Positions 31,380-34,990 of a DNA stretch of 34,990 nucleotides are shown one piece after another. Each line of letters begins with the position of its first letter. The first letter of the stretch is position 1. Position numbers and translations under genes: made by a program. The notes below the pieces were generated by a model. That model was given only the letters and a program-made list of their open reading frames with translations, had not been told where the DNA came from and ran no database searches. Origin of the DNA: Occultella glacieicola (lineage in GTDB: Bacteria > Actinomycetota > Actinomycetes > Actinomycetales > Beutenbergiaceae); assembly GCF_004353825.1 (NCBI RefSeq), contig NZ_SMNA01000008.1, positions 186,001-220,990 of the forward strand, written 5' to 3'.

Positions 31380-34300
31380 GTGCGTGCGGTCCGGGAGCCC
31401 GACCTAGCCGGGATCAGAGGTCGGCGATCCGGCGCTACCACGCCGGCGTCTCGGCAGCGCCCGGCCGGCGTTGCCGACGCGCTCCTCGGCCTGCAGGCCA
31501 CCGCCGGGAACCGGGCCGTGGTCACCCTCCTGGACCCGTCAGTGCAGCGGCAGCCGCCGAAGCCGGCCCGCACGAGTGCGGGCTGGGCGAATGCCGACAC
31601 CGCCGCCGGCGGTGGGCCCGGCTGGAACGCCGCGGCCCGGAGCAGGGTGGGCGGCACCGGGATCCGGAGGATCCCGGTGGACGACCTGTCGGCGGGCAAC
31701 CAGTTGGAGTGGAGCCCGAACCGCGGCGAGCGCTCGAACGCCGCACACGAGCAGGCCGACACCAAGGAGACCGCCGCCGGGCGTGCGATCGTGCTCCTGC
31801 CCGAAGGTCTCGACGTCGACCGTCCCATCGACGTGCTGCTGCACCTGCACGGCTACACCGACCGGGCGGGGGACCCCGCGGCCGGCTGGCGGCAGGCGAG
31901 GACGCCGGTCACGAAGGATCAGAGAGCCTACAAGCCCGTTCGCGACGTCGACCAGGACCGGATCCTCGCGCAGGTGCACACGGTGACGAAGTCGAACCCG
32001 CAGACCCTGGGCATCCTGCCGCAGGGGGTCGGCCACTCCCACTTCGGCAAGAACTTCGTGCCCGGCGGCTATGTCAACGAGGTGATCCGTCGGCTGGAGG
32101 AGATCAAGGAACTGCCCGCCCCGAAGTCCGGCTCGCTCGCGGTCAACCTGATCCTGTCCGCGCACAGCGGCGGCGGGCACACGGTTCGCAAGGCGCTGGC
32201 CGCGGAGCTCGCCCAGGCGAAGGCCGACACCAGGGCGGCCGCGAAGGCGAAGAGGGCGGGACGCGAGCCGCCGGCCCCGACGGCGCAACCCGGGGCCGCC
32301 GGGGGCACGGGTGGCCGAGTCGCCCCCGTGCTGAACCCGGTCCAGGTCGTGCTGTTCGAGGCGATCAACAACGCCCGTGAACTGACCACGGTCCGGGACT
32401 GGGTGTACCTGCACCTCAACCGGACCAGGGCCGCACTCGATGCCGAGACCAACCCGATCCTCAAGGCCTGGATCATCATCGGCTGCCCGACGCTGCGTGC
32501 CTACCGCTCGGCCACGAACGGGATGTACGCCACCCTGTACCGCGACCTCACGATCGCGATCGACAGGTGGTTCACCGACCCCTCGTTGGGCGGACAGCTG
32601 GAGCCGGGCGCGAAGCAGTTGCTCCGCGACCGGTTCCGGGTGGAGGTGCTGCACGGCGTGGTCAGCCAACCGGGCGGCCTGTCCGGGCACGAGCAGGTCG
32701 TGGCCGGCCTCGGGACGCCCGAGCAGGGGCCCCTCGCCGACGCGCTGGCCGCGCGCTCGGATCCGTCCGCCTCGAACCTGCTCAAGGGGCCTCCCCGCGG
32801 GTCCCAGGCCGCCCCGGGAAACCCCAAGGCGCCGGGACCGAAGAAGGCCCCGAAGCAGAAGAAGGCCCCGAAACAGAAGAAGGCCGCCGCCGCTGGATCC
32901 GCACGAGCAGACCAGCCTCCGACCGGGTCGGGCGCGGCGGCTTCCACCGGCGCCGCCGCCGCGGTGGGGGCACCGGCGATCACCTTCGGCCGCCGTGCCC
33001 GCCGGGACACCGTGGCCGCCTCCACCCTGACGGTGCTCGCCCAGATCCTGACGACGGCCGGCATCGGAAGCGCGACTATCAGCAGCACCGCCCGCACCCC
33101 GCCCGACCAGGCGCGTGCGATGTACGCCAACCTCGTCGGGACCGGGGCGAACCAGGGCGTGGCGAAGCAGCGTGCCCTGTACGGCTCGGCGGGGGACAAG
33201 ATCATCGACGAGTTCGAGAGACTGCGCGACGAGGGCGGCGCCCCGGCCGAGATCCAGGCCGGCATGGTGGCTCGGATCGAGTCGATCGGGCCCGGCAAGG
33301 TCTCCAAGCACTTGGCCGATCCGGCGACGCTGAACGTCCTCGACATCGCACCCACCTCGCTCGGCGGGAGCACGGCGATCGCTCGGTTCGAGGCAGCGGC
33401 CGAGGCCCTGGTGGGCACGCAGGTCTCGCGGCTGCTGACCCCCGGCGGTGGTGACCCCGCCGAGCACCTGGAGATCAAACCGGCAGGCGACGGCGTCGTG
33501 GGCGCGACGGATGCGCCCGCCGGTCAGGGCGGCTCGGCCGGGAGGAAGCCGGCGAAACGCCCCGTCGCGGAGAAGGCGCCTGAGAAGCGACTCGTGGGAG
33601 CGAGGGCCAAGAATCCGGCCGGCGAGAAGATCACGGCGCTCGCGCCCGAGAAGGTCAGGACGCCCACCCCCGACGCCGGCGCTCAGGCCTCGACTACGGC
33701 CACCACGGCCGAGGCCGGATCGGGCACCGGCTCAGCGGAGACGAAGGCGTGGATCCTCGACGTCACCCGGACCACCCTCGAGCGCCTGCCGAAGAAGGAG
33801 CGGGAGCGGTACGAGCAGATCCCATGGAACGACCTCGACTACCCGGGAGCCTCGTTCAGGATCGAGGACACCTCCGCGGAGAACCTGCTCGCGTGGCGCT
33901 CGAAACCGGGGTACGAGGTCTTCGACGTGACGAAGAAGACGAAGAAGGGCGAGGTCGTCACCTGGTACGTGCGCGGTACCCACCAGAAGGACGCCGCGGC
34001 CCTCCTGCGGGCCCTGTCCGCGCGCCGCCCCGGCGGTGGCGAGCGGCGGGTCAACACCGGGCCGAACGCCATCCTGACCAAGGCTCAGTTCCGCGCGGAC
34101 CCGGACGCGTTCGACGACTACATCATCAGCCAGCTCGTCGACCCTCCCGGCGAGAAGAAGGCCGGCACCCGCAAGATGATCAACAAGCACGCCTCGCCCC
34201 AGTTCGTGGCGATGCGTGAGGCGGCGGCCAAGGACGGCGTCTCGTTGAGCATCGGCAACGCGTTCCGGGAACGCAAGCGGGCCGAGACGGCGGCGAAGAA

Positions 34301-34580
34301 GAAGGGGAACCGCTTCTCCACGGCCAGCTACTCCCCACACTCCCTCGGCCTGGCCCTCGACCTCAACCTGCGCACCAAGAGCCTCAAGGACGTGGACGAG
34401 GTGACCACCCGCATGACGAACACGATGAAGCTCCTCGGTGCCCCGGCGTACAAGTGGATGTTCGAGCACGGTGCGGACTTCGGCTTCTTCCAGTACCGCA
34501 ACGAACCCTGGCACTGGGAGTACAACCCGTCCGGGTTCGGCGCGACGTTCTGGGCCGACCAACCCGGCCTGGCTCCCTGA
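31380..34580 (+). CDS. 1066-aa multidomain protein: LQxxAGNRAV/VQR leader, alpha/beta-hydrolase-like domain, M15-like domain, C-terminal VanY/M15B D,D-carboxypeptidase-like domain
   Basis: CATAAT (31348-53) and SD GAGAGGG precede the GTG. Motifs: LLHLHGY and LSAHSGGG; SSTARTPPDQ...SKH...D...HLEI; AFR...SPHSLGLALD...EPWHWEY. Confidence 0.8.
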   Translation: MRAVREPDLAGIRGRRSGATTPASRQRPAGVADALLGLQATAGNRAVVTLLDPSVQRQPPKPARTSAGWANADTAAGGGPGWNAAARSRVGGTGIRRIPVDDLSAGNQLEWSPNRGERSNAAHEQADTKETAAGRAIVLLPEGLDVDRPIDVLLHLHGYTDRAGDPAAGWRQARTPVTKDQRAYKPVRDVDQDRILAQVHTVTKSNPQTLGILPQGVGHSHFGKNFVPGGYVNEVIRRLEEIKELPAPKSGSLAVNLILSAHSGGGHTVRKALAAELAQAKADTRAAAKAKRAGREPPAPTAQPGAAGGTGGRVAPVLNPVQVVLFEAINNARELTTVRDWVYLHLNRTRAALDAETNPILKAWIIIGCPTLRAYRSATNGMYATLYRDLTIAIDRWFTDPSLGGQLEPGAKQLLRDRFRVEVLHGVVSQPGGLSGHEQVVAGLGTPEQGPLADALAARSDPSASNLLKGPPRGSQAAPGNPKAPGPKKAPKQKKAPKQKKAAAAGSARADQPPTGSGAAASTGAAAAVGAPAITFGRRARRDTVAASTLTVLAQILTTAGIGSATISSTARTPPDQARAMYANLVGTGANQGVAKQRALYGSAGDKIIDEFERLRDEGGAPAEIQAGMVARIESIGPGKVSKHLADPATLNVLDIAPTSLGGSTAIARFEAAAEALVGTQVSRLLTPGGGDPAEHLEIKPAGDGVVGATDAPAGQGGSAGRKPAKRPVAEKAPEKRLVGARAKNPAGEKITALAPEKVRTPTPDAGAQASTTATTAEAGSGTGSAETKAWILDVTRTTLERLPKKERERYEQIPWNDLDYPGASFRIEDTSAENLLAWRSKPGYEVFDVTKKTKKGEVVTWYVRGTHQKDAAALLRALSARRPGGGERRVNTGPNAILTKAQFRADPDAFDDYIISQLVDPPGEKKAGTRKMINKHASPQFVAMREAAAKDGVSLSIGNAFRERKRAETAAKKKGNRFSTASYSPHSLGLALDLNLRTKSLKDVDEVTTRMTNTMKLLGAPAYKWMFEHGADFGFFQYRNEPWHWEYNPSGFGATFWADQPGLAP
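32840..32885 (+). repeat. 18-bp tandem repeat (about 2.5 copies) encoding the KKAPKQ linker
   Basis: GAAGAAGGCCCCGAAGCA / GAAGAAGGCCCCGAAACA / GAAGAAGGCC. Confidence 0.85.
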
Positions 34581-34627
34581 CCCCACGGCGACCATGGGGG
34601 GCGTGACCGGGGTCACGCGCCAGGGAT

Positions 34628-34656
34628 TTGACCCTGCGGAACCTGACCCGTAGTGT
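34628..34656 (+). promoter_or_regulatory. rRNA operon promoter (upstream)
   Basis: TTGACC-17 nt-TAGTGT, followed by GTTGCCCC (34665-72). Confidence 0.8.
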
Positions 34657-34841
34657 TTCACCTCGTTGCCCCGACAGGGAGGAACGGACACCGCGAGGTG
34701 GACGGTCCCGGACAGAGGGCACGAACCCCCGGCAGTCACCCGATGCGATGCATCGAGGAGCGACACGACGGGCCTTGGACCACGGTCCATCGGAACACGT
34801 CCCACGCCTTCCCGGCAGCACTTCACGCCGGGGCACGGGAT

Positions 34842-34870
34842 TTGACGATGGGGATGCGGGAGGCTAAGGT
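34842..34870 (+). promoter_or_regulatory. rRNA operon promoter (downstream)
   Basis: TTGACG-17 nt-TAAGGT, followed by GTTGCCCC (34877-84). Confidence 0.82.
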
Positions 34871-34922
34871 TGAGAGGTTGCCCCAGCGAGGATCTTGGTT
34901 GGTCTGGTGTTGGTGCGCGTCC

Positions 34923-34990
34923 GCTCCTTGAGAACTCAACAGTGTGTCATATGATCGATGCCGAATAGTTTGTTTATTTGGTTTGACCAG
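34923..34990 (+). promoter_or_regulatory. rrn leader with boxA-like conserved sequence; 16S rRNA expected just beyond the window
   Basis: GCTCCTTGAGAACTCAACAG resembles the actinobacterial rrn leader/boxA; sharp drop in GC; tyrS-rrn synteny. Confidence 0.82.

Noticed and set aside
34176..34530. vanY glycopeptide-resistance gene
   Set aside because: The M15B domain is part of a large multidomain protein with no membrane anchor, and there are no vanHAX/vanRS neighbours.
34581..34990. Short ORFs and a 16S rRNA gene at the right end
   Set aside because: The region is explained by rrn promoters and leader; the 16S 5' signature (AGAGTTTGATC) is not within the window.

Overview
High-GC actinobacterial chromosomal segment (Micrococcales-like, by inference). 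It carries the conserved backbone pheT ... argCJBDFRGH - kinase - mpg - tyrS - rRNA operon promoters, interrupted by two accessory blocks. Block 1 (about 17.4 kb, 2474-19855, between pheT and argC) holds a flavodoxin-like gene, a PadR/alpha-beta hydrolase/C45 Ntn-hydrolase operon, a quinone oxidoreductase, an acyltransferase/two-component system/DedA module, an esterase, a peptide deformylase, an isatin-hydrolase-like cyclase coupled to a ThDP enzyme, a membrane protein, a VOC protein and a divergent TetM/OtrA-like GTPase. That GTPase has a WhiB7/WblC-type promoter and a uORF/hairpin leader. Block 2 is one 1066-aa gene between tyrS and the rrn promoters. It has an N-terminal LQxxAGNRAV...VQR leader of the type seen in DUF4157/eCIS-associated proteins, an alpha/beta-hydrolase-like domain and two M15-type Zn-peptidase domains, and no evident signal peptide; it is the most novel-looking element. 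No CRISPR array, tRNA, integrase or transposase was seen, and the 16S gene lies beyond the right edge. All assignments come from motif recognition by eye, without database searches.
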